Of a stretch of 64,000 bases of DNA, positions 12,336 through 23,406 are shown in pieces. Source of the DNA: Oscillospiraceae bacterium (GTDB lineage: Bacteria > Bacillota > Clostridia > Oscillospirales > Acutalibacteraceae); contig JAIRSI010000063.1 of the NCBI GenBank assembly GCA_031255515.1, positions 1,239 to 65,238 of the forward strand, read 5' to 3'. The notes below the pieces were generated by a model that had not been told where the DNA came from, ran no database searches, and saw only the letters and a program-made list of their open reading frames with translations. Position 1 is the first letter of the stretch. Each line of letters begins with the position of its first letter. Made by a program: the position numbers and the translations under genes.

Positions 12336-13089
12336 AACATCATCGTGACTGACGATACTAAACTCAAGACTACCTCTTTGTCGTAACCTTCAAAAAATTT
12401 TGCTGCATTTTTCGATGATTTTCTAATAAATTTGTTAAAATCAGCACCGGCATTTGAGTTGGCACCATCCGAAATTTAGCGCATAATCCCAAAATCTACC
12501 CCATTTACAAAGCAAGTTTGTCCAACGGCACCGGCCTCCATATCACAAGCAATTCCGCCAAAATCATTTTTTAATTGAGATAATTTACTTTTGCAAGCTA
12601 TAAATTGATCGCCAGAAAGAATAGTTCCTCTGTGGGGTTTTTAGATCCTTTAAAATTTTAGAAATTTTAACGGCTTTTATTAAAATCCAGCTGCTGCAAA
12701 GGATTTTTACAAAACCAATCCCCGGTATTCCACCTTTTCCCCTATTTGGAAAAATCGACGAATCAAAATCGTGCTGGACAACACAATCGGCGATAACAAT
12801 ATCGCCAACATCAATATTTTCATCTATTCCACCAGCGACACCAATGTTTAGTATAAAATCAGGATCGTACTTTAAAATTAAGGTCTGCGTGCAAATCGCA
12901 GCATGCACCTTTCCGACCCCCGCTTAAACCGACAAAACAGTTAATTTTGTCAATTTTTTCTAGGATAAATTTGAACGCCCCGGCTTTTTCTTCATTTTTT
13001 TCTGTCATTAACTTTAAAATTTCATTTATTTCTTGCAATTCTGCACAAATTAATCCTATTTTATTGGAGCCGTTAAAATTTTTTATCAC
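12332..13089 (-). pseudogene. mtnN: 5'-methylthioadenosine/S-adenosylhomocysteine nucleosidase, frameshifted with an in-frame stop
   Basis: Pieces KIGLICAELQEINEIL, GVAGGIDENIDVGDIVIAD..HDFD and GTILSGDQFI...ACDMEAGAVGQ..R*ISD align colinearly with Pfs/MtnN but lie in different frames. Confidence 0.8.
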
Positions 13090-13140
13090 TTCAATTTCAC
13101 CTCAATTTTTAGGAATTTTAGGCTTTTAAAAAATTATTAG

Positions 13141-13866
13141 CTAATTTCTTATCGGCACTTTCAAAAGCTCTAACTTTTGCTTTGCAAAATTTTTGGTTCT
13201 GCGAGATTCCTTTATTTTTTGTATTGCTTTGTTCTGCGTCCATTTATCTAAAACTTTAGCTTGCAACATATTCTGTGTTTTTTGAGGAAATTGGATAAAA
13301 CACTCTGAAATTAACCAAGCATTGCCCATTTTCGCATAGTAATGTTCTGAATTTATAGCACTACAAATCTCCAGAATTCTATCGATATATGCTTCTTCAA
13401 CAAAAATATTAAGTATCAAAACTAAGCCAAATCTGATTTCCCAAGGATTTTTGGATTCTGTGAATTTTGTAATTTTTTCGAAAGCATCATTTTTATTTGC
13501 AAGAATTTGTTTAAATTTTGTTGAAGCTATATCTGATAACGCCCAATTTGAAATGCACGCCGCAAAGCTTTTTAGCATAGTCATTAGCTGATCGTAATCC
13601 AATTTTGCGTAGCCAATTATAAGACCGTAAATGGCGAGTTCTTCATGATATTTATTGGAGGAGTGATTGATGAAGCCTTGATAGTCATTTTGAGCTATTA
13701 GTTTTGCAAACTTTCGAAGCACCAAAGCCCTAACGCCGATGCAATCAACACGATCGTCGTTTATGAGTCGAGAATTAAACTCTTTGTATTTTAAATCTGC
13801 AAATTCTTTTAAATATTCTATAAAACGACTGTGTTTTTGTTCTGACCAAATTCCCTTAAAATCCAT
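13141..13866 (-). CDS. DNA alkylation repair protein (AlkD-like HEAT-repeat family)
   Basis: 241 aa; pattern GVRALVLRKFAK ... ISNWALSD ... NPWEIRFGL ... IQKIKESRR is typical of the DNA_alkylation family. Confidence 0.65.
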   Translation of the reverse strand: MDFKGIWSEQKHSRFIEYLKEFADLKYKEFNSRLINDDRVDCIGVRALVLRKFAKLIAQNDYQGFINHSSNKYHEELAIYGLIIGYAKLDYDQLMTMLKSFAACISNWALSDIASTKFKQILANKNDAFEKITKFTESKNPWEIRFGLVLILNIFVEEAYIDRILEICSAINSEHYYAKMGNAWLISECFIQFPQKTQNMLQAKVLDKWTQNKAIQKIKESRRTKNFAKQKLELLKVPIRN

Positions 13867-13917
13867 TTTTACTCCTTTGATATTTTGAATATCGCCCAGG
13901 TTTGCTCGTAAACACCT

Positions 13918-15297
13918 TTAAAATTTGGTATCACTCGCAATCAAACTTTCTATTTCGTTGATATTTAGTCGAATTTGCTTCATACTGTCCCTATATCTTA
14001 CTGTGACAGTGTTGTCTTTTGAGGTATCAAAATCGACAGTGATACAAAACGGCGTTCCTATCTCATCTTGCCGCCTGTATCTTTTACCTATGCTCCCAGC
14101 TTCGTCGTAATCGCACGTGAATAAACTGGAAATTTTGTCGTAGATTTCATTTGCTTCTGAAGATAATTTTTTAGAAAGCGGCAACACAGCCACTTTATAA
14201 GGCGCGAGTGATGGGTGAATTTTTAGGACTATCCGCATGTCGTCATTGTCTAATTTTTCTTCTGTATAGGCGCTGCATATTAAAGCTAAAACACCTCTGT
14301 CTGCGCCGCATGTTGACTCTATGACGAACGGAATGTATTTTTTATTTGTCTCGGAATCCAAATATTCGAAGCTTTTCTTGCTAAATTCCTGGTGGCGCGA
14401 CAAGTCGTAATTTGTCCTATTGTGAGTACCATTTATTTCTCCCCAACCAAATGGAAACAAATATTCTACGTCACAAGCCGATTTGGCGTAATGAGCTAAT
14501 TTTTCGTGATCGTGAAACCTTAAGGAAGCTTCTGGCAAACCTAAATCTTTATAAAACTGCAAGCTATAATTTTTAAAAAATTCGTAGAGTTCCTCGTCTG
14601 TGCCCTCTTTGCAGAAAGTTTGATATTCCATTTGTTCGAACTCAACTATCCTGAAAATAAAATTTCCAGGCGTAATTTCGTTGCGAAAAGCTTTCCCGAT
14701 TTGACCTATGCCAAAGGGTAACTTGCTTCTGGTACTTCTCTGAACGTTAATAAAATTGACGTACTCGCCCTGTGCATTTTCTGGCCTTAAATAGATAAGA
14801 CTTTTGCTGTTATCAGTAACGCCTCTATGGGTTTCAAACATCAAATTAAATTCTCTAATATCCGTAAAATTACAAGCTCCGCAAGAGGGACATTTTATAT
14901 TTTTAGACCTTATTGTATCTATCATCTCTTCTTTCGATAAAGAATCACTTGCGATATTTGGATCAAAACTATCTATCAGATTGTCCGCGCGATAGCGCAT
15001 TTTGCATTCTTTGCAGTCCACAAGAGGATCTGAAAAACTTTCAGTGTGGCCGCTTGCTTCCCAGACTTTTGGATGCATGAAAATTGCCGAATCAAGTTCG
15101 TAACTGTTTTTTCTTTGCTGAATAAATCGTTTTCTCCACGCATCTTTCAGATTGTTCTTCAGCCTAGTCCCTAAAGGTCCGTAATCCCATGTATTGGCAA
15201 CGCCACCATAAATATCTGAACCGGGGTAAACAAAACCACGCGTTTTGCAAAAAGTTACTATTTTTTCCATAAGGTCAGTTTTTTCTTCTGTGGACAT
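13918..15297 (-). CDS. glyQS: Glycine--tRNA ligase (single-chain class II GlyQS)
   Basis: 459 aa with RGFVYPGSDIYGG..NTWDYGPLG at the N-terminus; class II motifs and anticodon-binding C-terminus present. Confidence 0.95.
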   Translation of the reverse strand: MSTEEKTDLMEKIVTFCKTRGFVYPGSDIYGGVANTWDYGPLGTRLKNNLKDAWRKRFIQQRKNSYELDSAIFMHPKVWEASGHTESFSDPLVDCKECKMRYRADNLIDSFDPNIASDSLSKEEMIDTIRSKNIKCPSCGACNFTDIREFNLMFETHRGVTDNSKSLIYLRPENAQGEYVNFINVQRSTRSKLPFGIGQIGKAFRNEITPGNFIFRIVEFEQMEYQTFCKEGTDEELYEFFKNYSLQFYKDLGLPEASLRFHDHEKLAHYAKSACDVEYLFPFGWGEINGTHNRTNYDLSRHQEFSKKSFEYLDSETNKKYIPFVIESTCGADRGVLALICSAYTEEKLDNDDMRIVLKIHPSLAPYKVAVLPLSKKLSSEANEIYDKISSLFTCDYDEAGSIGKRYRRQDEIGTPFCITVDFDTSKDNTVTVRYRDSMKQIRLNINEIESLIASDTKF

Positions 15298-15439
15298 ACA
15301 ATCCCTCGCTTTTTTGCTTGTTTAAACGTTATTTGCCTTCTATTTAAGTGTATCACATTTTCAGGGCCTTTTGCTAAAATTTTAAAACTTATCTAATATG
15401 ATTGCAGTGCAATTTGGGCCAGCAAGCAGACGTTTAGCA

Positions 15440-16120
15440 ACCGTGTGATTTTCTTTGCACAATATTTTTCGGCCACACTAAATTTAGTTCATCTGCTCGC
15501 GCCTTTTTTTAATCACTATTAAAGGTGTTAAAATTTCGCCTTCAGTCGAACCTGCGTGTAGTCCTTTTAATGAATCAGGATCGTGTTTGTCTGCAATACT
15601 TTTATCAGAAATGTCAATCGCCAAATAGTCGCCTAGACAAGATTTAAATTTCTATGGAAATTGTCAAATCGGAGACAAGATTCTCAAAACGACGCAATAG
15701 TAGTTTTCTCACGGAAATACGACTCATCCCTCTAAAATTCTGCCTATGTAATCTATTAATTTTTCGTAAGACTTACGCATTCGAATTTTTCCAATTCAAC
15801 GTATTTACACAGCAAATCAATGTTTTTAGTTTCCTGGGAGAATATTTTTTGAGATCCTTGGGGTTCACGGCCTTAAAGATATTGCCACTCCCTACTATAT
15901 CGGCAACTACAAGTACGTTTTTTGTTTTTTAAGAAAGAAAAATCAATATTATCGCCTATGATAGGCCTATGTTTTGATAAATTAACAGAGTCATCCAATA
16001 TTTCTTTTATATTAAAACAAATTGTATCTCTAACCCCCAATTTATAAGACAAAATAACGCCAGAAACCCGCCCGCCACGAGTTACTGCCTCTTATAATTT
16101 ATAGAAATTAAACCCACACA
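15440..16120 (-). pseudogene. Phosphoribosyltransferase-like remnant
   Basis: Out-of-frame pieces VTRGGRVSGVILSYKLGV and VLVVADIVGSGN (PRPP-binding-like) separated by stops and frameshifts. Confidence 0.4.
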
Positions 16121-16199
16121 CACAGTAATTACGTTAAGCGCTTTACTAGATAAAGTAAAGTGAAAACCCTGCAACTGCGTCTCCATAGTTTTATCGCAA

Positions 16200-16775
16200 T
16201 CAAAACGTGGTCAATGCGCTTTTGTTATCTTCTCCTCTTTCGCAAAACACTTCGTGTTCTGTTTCAGCAACAGAATTTTGGTTTTTAACTCCTCTCATTT
16301 TCATACATAAGTGTTCAGCTCTTATCCTCACTTTAACATGTTTGCAACTTATATTATCAAATATTGCCTGCGCAATTTCTCTTGTTAATTTTTCTTGTAT
16401 TTGCAATCTCTTAGAATAGCACTCAACTAATCTAACCAATTTAGATAGGCCTACAATTCTATTGCTTCTGGGAACATACTCGATATCCACGTTCCCAAAA
16501 AAAGGAAGAAAATGATGCTCGCACATAGAATAAAATTCTATATTTTTAACAATTACTTTGCCCTGACAGCTTTGATCAAATTGTTTTGACAATATCTCTT
16601 TCGGATTCTCGCCATAACCGCTAAATATTTGTGCGTAAGCTTTTGCAACTCTGTTCGGCGTTTCTAAAAGCACATCCCTATTTATGTTTTCCCCCAGAGA
16701 CAACAATATATTTTTCACATTTTCAGATATCACCTGATTTTTGCTAATTTTTGCGTTTGAATTGAGGGTCCCCAT
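16200..16775 (-). CDS. folE: GTP cyclohydrolase I
   Basis: 191 aa with ETPNRVAKAY, SMCEHHFLPFFG and VGLSKLVRLVE motifs. Confidence 0.95.
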   Translation of the reverse strand: MGTLNSNAKISKNQVISENVKNILLSLGENINRDVLLETPNRVAKAYAQIFSGYGENPKEILSKQFDQSCQGKVIVKNIEFYSMCEHHFLPFFGNVDIEYVPRSNRIVGLSKLVRLVECYSKRLQIQEKLTREIAQAIFDNISCKHVKVRIRAEHLCMKMRGVKNQNSVAETEHEVFCERGEDNKSALTTF

Positions 16776-16844
16776 TTCTTTTTTACTCCTTTTTCGCTAT
16801 TTAATTTACCTAATAGCTTTATTGTTTATAAAATCGCAAACTCA

Positions 16845-17177
16845 TCAGATTTTTCGCAAGGAGACAAAAAAATAATCTGCCTTTATTCTTTTTCTATTGT
16901 CACATGCAATTTGTAAATATAACCATGAACATTTTTGCACAAACTCTTGTGACCATCTAGCATATGAGCGGTATCGAAATTTTTTTATTGACGTTTCAAC
17001 TTCTTTGGAACCAAGGCCATAGTGACCTTCGAAAGATTCCCTTAAAGGCGGTTCAATTAATTTGGTCAAATCTTCAAGGTTTCGAACCCGAATTCCCAGA
17101 AAATTTAGCGCATATTTCATAGATTTGGCACAGTCTATCCTGGAATCGATTATCATGCCGTCAAAATCAAAAAACAC
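16845..17177 (-). pseudogene. HAD-superfamily hydrolase (phosphoglycolate phosphatase-like), truncated
   Basis: N-terminal FFDFDGMIIDS motif I with a GTG start; the frame degenerates after about 70 aa and motifs II-IV are absent. Confidence 0.55.
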
Positions 17178-17575
17178 ATACTTACATTTTTATTTCTAAT
17201 ATTTTTCAGCTCCTGGCAACGGTGCTAAACAATTTTTTATAATAACCTGCAGATCTTAATTGTCTCATTAAATACAAATCTTTGCAACACATTCGTGTTC
17301 GTCTCGCATATAATTCCTCGCTTATTTGCTTACTCCAAATCAAATCTGCAGTGTTTGAGAGAGTAAATTTAACTAACCGCACCGGGTTGAGCCTTTTTGC
17401 AGGCAAATGACTTTATTTTGCATCTCGGTCAATCGGCTAAAAAATCACTTTCCTGCCCCAAAATACCTCTTGGCGAATAAATGCTGTGCACTGGGAGTGT
17501 TGGATTAATTCTTTAACAAAAAATAAAAACCGCAATATTATATCAATGACAGCCATTTTACTATTTATTGTACAT

Positions 17576-17745
17576 CGGAAATTTAAAAAACAGCGCAGGC
17601 GAGAAAGTTCAAAGACACGAAGAGTAAAAATAAATAAAAAAGACACAAAGAGCTCGGAAATTTAAAAAACAGCGCAGGCGAGAAAGTTCAAAGACACGAA
17701 GAGCAAAGATAAATAAAAAAGACACAAAGAGCAAAGATAAATAAA
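17576..17745. repeat. 79-bp tandem direct repeat (about 2.1 copies) immediately downstream of the GH3 gene
   Basis: CGGAAATTTAAAAAACAGCGCAGGCGAGAAAGTTCAAAGACACGAAGAG starts at 17576 and again at 17655. Confidence 0.9.
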
Positions 17746-17750
17746 GCGGC

Positions 17751-18965
17751 TTAAGAGCACACGTATTTGTCTTTTAATTTCAAAATGCGTGCAACAGATT
17801 CATTTATCTGGCTTTCTGGAATCTCGCCACTGTCTACAGCATTTTTCGCAGTTTTAAAAACTGAATCAAGTCTTGCTATATCTTTTTTACTTCTCAAAAT
17901 AACAGGCATACAAACTATGTTCGCTCCGGCTGCGATTGCCATTTTCACCGCTTCTGCTTCTTCAAAATTGTCCGAAATAACTCTCATGTTCATTGCGTCT
18001 GTGATTATTACGCCATCAAATCCCATTTCATTTCTGAGCAAATAGGTTAAAATTGTTTTCGATAAAGTTGCTGGAATAAAAATTTTACTACCATCTTTTA
18101 GGGAAATAAAAGTTTTATTTTCAATTTTCGGCAGCTCAATATGTGCTGTCATTATCATGTCGACGCCAGCATCAATCATTTCTTTAAAAGGTGCTAATTC
18201 CAATTTTTTTAATTCCTCTAAAGTTTTATTTACTCTTGGCAAGCCTAAATGTGAGTCAACATCTGTATCGCCATGACCCGGAAAATGTTTTGCTGTTGCG
18301 ATAACATTTTGGCGGTGCAGACCATCCATGAATTTTTTGCCGAATTCAGAAACAATTTGGGCATTGTCGCCGAACGAACGAACATTTATAACGGGATTTT
18401 TCGGATTGCTATTAACATCCACAACCGGAGCAAAATTGCAGTTTATTCCAAGCGCAGCAAGTTCCCTTCCTATAGTTTTGCCTTTTTTAAATGCTTCTTT
18501 GGCAGTTTTGATTTCTGCATTATTTTTGAGTTTTTCTCTGCCAAAGGCGAATCTTTCAACTCTGCCACCTTCTTGATCTACAGCTATAATAAGGCGTGGA
18601 TTGCCAGCATCGACGGCAGCTTCTTGCAGATTATTGATTAGTCTTTTAGATTGCTCCGGATTTACAAAGTTTTGAGAAAACAAAATTACACTGCCAATAT
18701 GGTATTTTGCGATAATTTCTCTAATTTCATCATTAATCTCCGTCACCGGCTTTTGTAGCGTAACTTTTTCATCAGTAACAATCCCAGGATTTTCTGTTTG
18801 CTTTAAATCTTCTTCATTCCAAAACCTAAAATCCAGGCACATCATTTGTCCGATTTTTTCATCTATTGTCATTTGTTCTAAACGCACGGCGCGTGTATTC
18901 TCTCCAAAAGTAAAACTAAATGTTAATGCAAAAACTACACATACTCCAATTATTTTTTTAATCAT
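17751..18965 (-). CDS. nagZ: Secreted glycoside hydrolase family 3 beta-N-acetylhexosaminidase (NagZ-like)
   Basis: KIGQMM, VDQEGGRVERF and KHFPGHGDTDVDSH motifs plus an N-terminal signal peptide. ATG 18965 is preceded by GGAGG. Confidence 0.85.
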   Translation of the reverse strand: MIKKIIGVCVVFALTFSFTFGENTRAVRLEQMTIDEKIGQMMCLDFRFWNEEDLKQTENPGIVTDEKVTLQKPVTEINDEIREIIAKYHIGSVILFSQNFVNPEQSKRLINNLQEAAVDAGNPRLIIAVDQEGGRVERFAFGREKLKNNAEIKTAKEAFKKGKTIGRELAALGINCNFAPVVDVNSNPKNPVINVRSFGDNAQIVSEFGKKFMDGLHRQNVIATAKHFPGHGDTDVDSHLGLPRVNKTLEELKKLELAPFKEMIDAGVDMIMTAHIELPKIENKTFISLKDGSKIFIPATLSKTILTYLLRNEMGFDGVIITDAMNMRVISDNFEEAEAVKMAIAAGANIVCMPVILRSKKDIARLDSVFKTAKNAVDSGEIPESQINESVARILKLKDKYVCS

Positions 18966-19598
18966 TACATATCCTCCGGGCATTTTTATTGTCTACACAA
19001 AATTGTAACAAATACGACTTATATTTTCAACTGATAAATAATTTAACAAGTTACGAAGGTAGTGATCAAGATTTTTATGTCATTTTTGCATTTTTTTGAG
19101 ATAGATGACGTAATCATCACATTTCTTAAGCTTTATGCACTTTTACACGAAGTCTTTTCACATTTGCGCAATTCCCTTAGTGTTCCTCTGCACGAAAGCT
19201 TTAAAGGTGTGTTTATTTTAGTGCTAAGCTGCCTTGCGCAGTAATATCAGCGAAATTTAAAATTCTAAATGTGATGCACAATCCGAAAACTTACTGGACT
19301 TTAACCACTGTATCATTTTTGTGATTCCTTAAGATTGCAAAGATCTATCATTTTAAGACAATCACGGTGCCTTGTATTAATAGAATTCGCAGCGATTGGC
19401 TGCTTAAAAGTTGCCCAAAATTTTCTAATTTTCCCTCTTTTTATGATTCTATCATTTGCACCCTTTCGTTTCAAGGGGTCTCATAAAATTTATGCAGGGT
19501 TTTACTTTTGAAACGATTCGTAAATTCGACATTTTTACGATTTTAATGTCTTAGTATAATCCTAACGTTCTAACACATAATGGCTTATTTGCGCCATT

Positions 19599-21272
19599 TT
19601 ATTTTTCTAAAAGATAAGAGTTATTATAAAAACTAATTTTAAGCACCTGATCATTATCGTAGTACATTCCCACATTTAAAATAATCAACTTTTTGTTGTC
19701 GTATTCGTATTCTATTTTTTCAGTTGTAATTTTGCTCTCGCCAGATTCTTTATGTTTTAAGTACATATTTTTTAAGTGTTCATAGAACCCTTCGACGATT
19801 TGAGTTTTGCCATTCGGGTTTATTGTGACTTTATTACCTTCTGTAAACAAACTGAAACTGCTATAAAGTTTAGAATAATTCCCTATTTCAATGTGGTCGT
19901 AATCGTAACTAAAATCTATTCTTGAACGCTGATCTGAATTATAATTGTAAGATTTTTCAAAACCAAAAATTTCTTTCTCTAGCTTATCAATCAAGTCTTT
20001 ATTTAAAAATGCGGGTTTGTGATTCGAAGCTTCAAAGTTGCCTTTCACGTAACGATAAGATTCTATAATTTTACTTTTTTCTTCTAAGCTAATGCTACCA
20101 TCAGGAACAATGATGTCATTTGTAAGCATGCTGTTATTTGACAGCAACATTTTTAGTCTTTGGGATTGTTCTCTCATTGGAACATCTATAATATTTAACG
20201 GCGTAACCGTAATGAGCAAAACAAATCCTGTTAATACTATAAGCGCGTGTTTTAAACTCTTTTCGCGTTTCAGTAAGAACATAATAGCAAAAACTAACGC
20301 GAAAACATTTAAAATAATAGAAACATATCTTGATGTTGTTAATCCATAATTTGAAACTCTTATATAGATGGCGACAAATTGCATTGCTATTGTGGGAATT
20401 ATCGCAAGCCCACCAAATTTCAAGAATAAATTTATAGCTTTGTTTTCGCTTTTGTATTGGCTGAGTGAAAATGCGAAAAATACAAAGAGGAGCGATGAAA
20501 AAGACACAAACCAGTTTACCTGTCCTGATGGGAAAGTCCAGGTAAAAAGAATTTTTCCAAGATACACGTACAGAATTGAAAGCAAAAGAACATAAAGGGG
20601 TACCATTATTTTGGAAACAATAATGTTGAAAACTTTTGGGATTTTTATTTTACTCCCTACAGTTGGAATAACCGATGATAGCATGGTTCCGAATAAAACT
20701 ATTCCGACAAATTCACCAAATATCAAATACGCTTTATAAGAATCTTTAAAATTATGAATTAATATTGTAAATGCCAAAATACAGATGGAAACTCCACCAA
20801 ATATAATGGCACAAGCAAAAAAGTTAAATAGAAGGCTTTTCAAAAAGTGAGAAAATGTTTCAGACATGGAATCGGTTTTAGAAAAATACAAAATAAAAAG
20901 TATTTCTGAAATTACGATTCCATCAAGTCCTATTATTAGCAAAGCATTATAGCCATAAATGTGCAGAAGAATATAGGGAATAGAGCTTAAAATTAATGCT
21001 ATCGCATCAATCGCAGTTTTATTAATTTTGTTTTGAAAATATTTTTCATACAAAACTTTGGCTAAAGTGCAAGTGAATATTCCAAAAGCAAGAGTGTATG
21101 CTACTTTAGTCAAGATTTTAAACGCTTCATCATTAAAATTAAGATTGCCCAGTGTCATACATGACGTGGTAAAAAACAAAGCAATCATTAGAATAAATGG
21201 CAGATAAAATCTTTCGATTGTGCCGTTTAATTTTTCAAATTGACTTGAAAAGAATCTTGTTAAATTTTTCAT
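19599..21272 (-). CDS. Multi-pass membrane protein with soluble C-terminal domain (possibly DUF4153-type)
   Basis: About 10 hydrophobic helices followed by a ~190-aa hydrophilic tail. ATG 21272 is preceded by GGAGG. No catalytic motif seen. Confidence 0.6.
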   Translation of the reverse strand: MKNLTRFFSSQFEKLNGTIERFYLPFILMIALFFTTSCMTLGNLNFNDEAFKILTKVAYTLAFGIFTCTLAKVLYEKYFQNKINKTAIDAIALILSSIPYILLHIYGYNALLIIGLDGIVISEILFILYFSKTDSMSETFSHFLKSLLFNFFACAIIFGGVSICILAFTILIHNFKDSYKAYLIFGEFVGIVLFGTMLSSVIPTVGSKIKIPKVFNIIVSKIMVPLYVLLLSILYVYLGKILFTWTFPSGQVNWFVSFSSLLFVFFAFSLSQYKSENKAINLFLKFGGLAIIPTIAMQFVAIYIRVSNYGLTTSRYVSIILNVFALVFAIMFLLKREKSLKHALIVLTGFVLLITVTPLNIIDVPMREQSQRLKMLLSNNSMLTNDIIVPDGSISLEEKSKIIESYRYVKGNFEASNHKPAFLNKDLIDKLEKEIFGFEKSYNYNSDQRSRIDFSYDYDHIEIGNYSKLYSSFSLFTEGNKVTINPNGKTQIVEGFYEHLKNMYLKHKESGESKITTEKIEYEYDNKKLIILNVGMYYDNDQVLKISFYNNSYLLEK

Positions 21273-21582
21273 TTTGGCCTCCTGTGGTTTATTTATTAAT
21301 TTACTACAACCCATTCCCCGCTTGTGTTTAAACCCTTACGATCGATTTTTCTTTCGTTTTTCAGTGCAGATAAATCTCTCAAATAGTTCTTTTGGAAACT
21401 TTAAGTATTTTTGAAATCGCACTTGCTACAATTGAAGGATTATTTTTTAAAGTATCAATAATACGTTCACATCGTTTCTTAAGCTTTCTTATTGACAGTA
21501 TTTTTACTTGAAATGTCAGTGACAATATTTTTGGGTACAACAATAAATGATTGTGGGGTAAAAAGAAGATTGGTGCAAGTTC

Positions 21583-22431
21583 TTATTTATACGCTTTTTG
21601 AATTTTTCGTAATCCACTTCCGCGTCGTTCCATTAATTTTAAACGATGAAAAATATCGCACAAAACAGGATTTCTACGTACAGATGCAACTTTGTTAATA
21701 TTTAAATCTTGAATTTTAAATCCATCAACCATACCGCCAGGCAAAACAATTTCTAAGCGGTCATCATAAATATCGATATGTATTTCGCTGCCTCTAATAC
21801 CGTAATCTCTGTGAATTATGATGTTTACGTCGGTTTCGTGAACCGCATCCCGTGTGTAATCAGACATATCGATTCTGCCACGTCCAGTTTTACGCCACTT
21901 TGCTTTAGAATTGTTCTGAATTAAATTTTTGGCATTTTCAAGAAGCGTTGGCACGTTGCCAGAAAACTCTTTATCATCGACTGCATCTTCAAAAACAGAT
22001 CCTTTTGTTAAACCGTTCCAACGTGCGCAGAATATTCGGGACTGAAATATGATCGGATGATCAGCAAAAAATACGCCCGCAAAGGTTAAATTTCCGTTTT
22101 CAAGCACTAAACCAAATGATTTAAAATCCTTTCGAAAGTCCGGCTCAATTCCAGTGGAGTAACAATAAGTTGCCAAAAAGTATGTGAAGCCTTCATATGC
22201 AATTTTATTTCCATCTGAAGAATAATAGTAAGGTGTGGCTGCGCCAGAAAGCCCAACTACTGTGCCATCGTCTGCAACGCCAAAGTAAATGCTATCGCCT
22301 GGGCCATTTGCAAAATCACTCACACTTTTAAGCCAGCTTTTTGGCTTTTTTATTTCTAAATCGGATTTAAATTTATATTTTGTTACTTCAGTTATTAGGA
22401 GTTCTTGAAGTGTTTTCACGTAATCTTTCAC
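21583..22431 (-). CDS. AlbA_2/Schlafen-like plus HATPase_c_4-type putative regulator, probably C-terminally truncated
   Basis: FANGPGDSIYFGVADDGTVVG (AlbA_2-like) and IIIHRDY...RRNPVLCDIF..ERRGSGLRKI. An HTH-like tail (KILKVSKRTI) lies out of frame at about 21340-21580. Confidence 0.6.
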   Translation of the reverse strand: MKDYVKTLQELLITEVTKYKFKSDLEIKKPKSWLKSVSDFANGPGDSIYFGVADDGTVVGLSGAATPYYYSSDGNKIAYEGFTYFLATYCYSTGIEPDFRKDFKSFGLVLENGNLTFAGVFFADHPIIFQSRIFCARWNGLTKGSVFEDAVDDKEFSGNVPTLLENAKNLIQNNSKAKWRKTGRGRIDMSDYTRDAVHETDVNIIIHRDYGIRGSEIHIDIYDDRLEIVLPGGMVDGFKIQDLNINKVASVRRNPVLCDIFHRLKLMERRGSGLRKIQKAYK

Positions 22432-22750
22432 CTGCTGTTTTTTCTTTTATTGTAGTTCGAAATAACAAAAAATTCAATTGGCCGAAATTCAGTTTTTATA
22501 CTGCCCAACAAAGCGTGATAAGGAAAAATCGAAACAAGTTTTGCAGCTAATTTTAGATGAAAAATAAAAATTAAAAACTATAACTTGTAAAATCAATTTT
22601 TTATTTCTAATTTAGTAAATTTCATTCGTATAAACCGCATTAAACTGCAGTTTTACTGCGTTTGCAAAAAATCGGCTTTTGCTCTAAAACAGTAATTATA
22701 AAAACACATTGCATACGGAAGAATTCAACTTGTTTAATTTTTAAAAAACT

Positions 22751-23092
22751 GTGGCAACAGGTGCAACAGCACTAATGTTAGGACTTACATTGTTGCATAC
22801 AAATGTATCTGCGTTTGGTGGTTATGCTCATCATAATATTTGCGACAGGGTAATCAAAAATGATTTTTCTAAAATTAACACAGCTTACTTAAGTGGCGCT
22901 ACAATTGCAGATATCGGTTTGTTTAATTGGGATGAAAAATATAGTTTGGAATCGGATAGTCAAAAATTTGCAAGTAAAACGATCGAAATCACTTCAAAAA
23001 GCGAAGATGCAAAAGAAAAATATTTTGCACTAGGTTGGTCTGATCACGTTATTCAAAATGAAAAGGGTTCTGCTTGGCAAAATTTTCGGTGA
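22751..23092 (+). pseudogene. Zinc phospholipase C-like fragment
   Basis: 113-aa ORF with GTG start and a GYAHHNI...GATIADIG pattern; far shorter than family members. Confidence 0.35.
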
Positions 23093-23324
23093 AACAATTA
23101 CGGATTTTTCGGCTGCGGCTTATATACTCGACACTGTAACTGTAATTGATGAGGCGTTTCGAGGTAAAGGAATTGGTACAAAACTTATGAAAGCAGTTCT
23201 TGAAAATGAAAATTTAAAAGATTGTTCCCTTGTACTTGCAACATCCGTACAAACCAAAAAATTCTATGAAAGCCTTAGATTTCAAATCAAAAACGAAAAG
23301 TATATGCTTTACAGAGTCTCTTGA
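23058..23324 (+). pseudogene. GNAT acetyltransferase C-terminal fragment
   Basis: Only the acetyl-CoA motif FRGKGIGTKLMKAV and distal strands are present; the N-terminal half is missing. Confidence 0.5.
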
Positions 23325-23406
23325 CACGCAAATTTAAAATATGTAAATTGGTTGTAAATGGCAAATAGTACAATTTGAAGATAAAAAAATAAAGGATGGT
23401 GAATCC

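Noticed and set aside
15298-15650. Glycine T-box leader upstream of glyQS
   Set aside because: No T-box consensus (AATTAGGGTGGTACCGCG-like) or specifier/terminator architecture could be found on the minus strand by eye.
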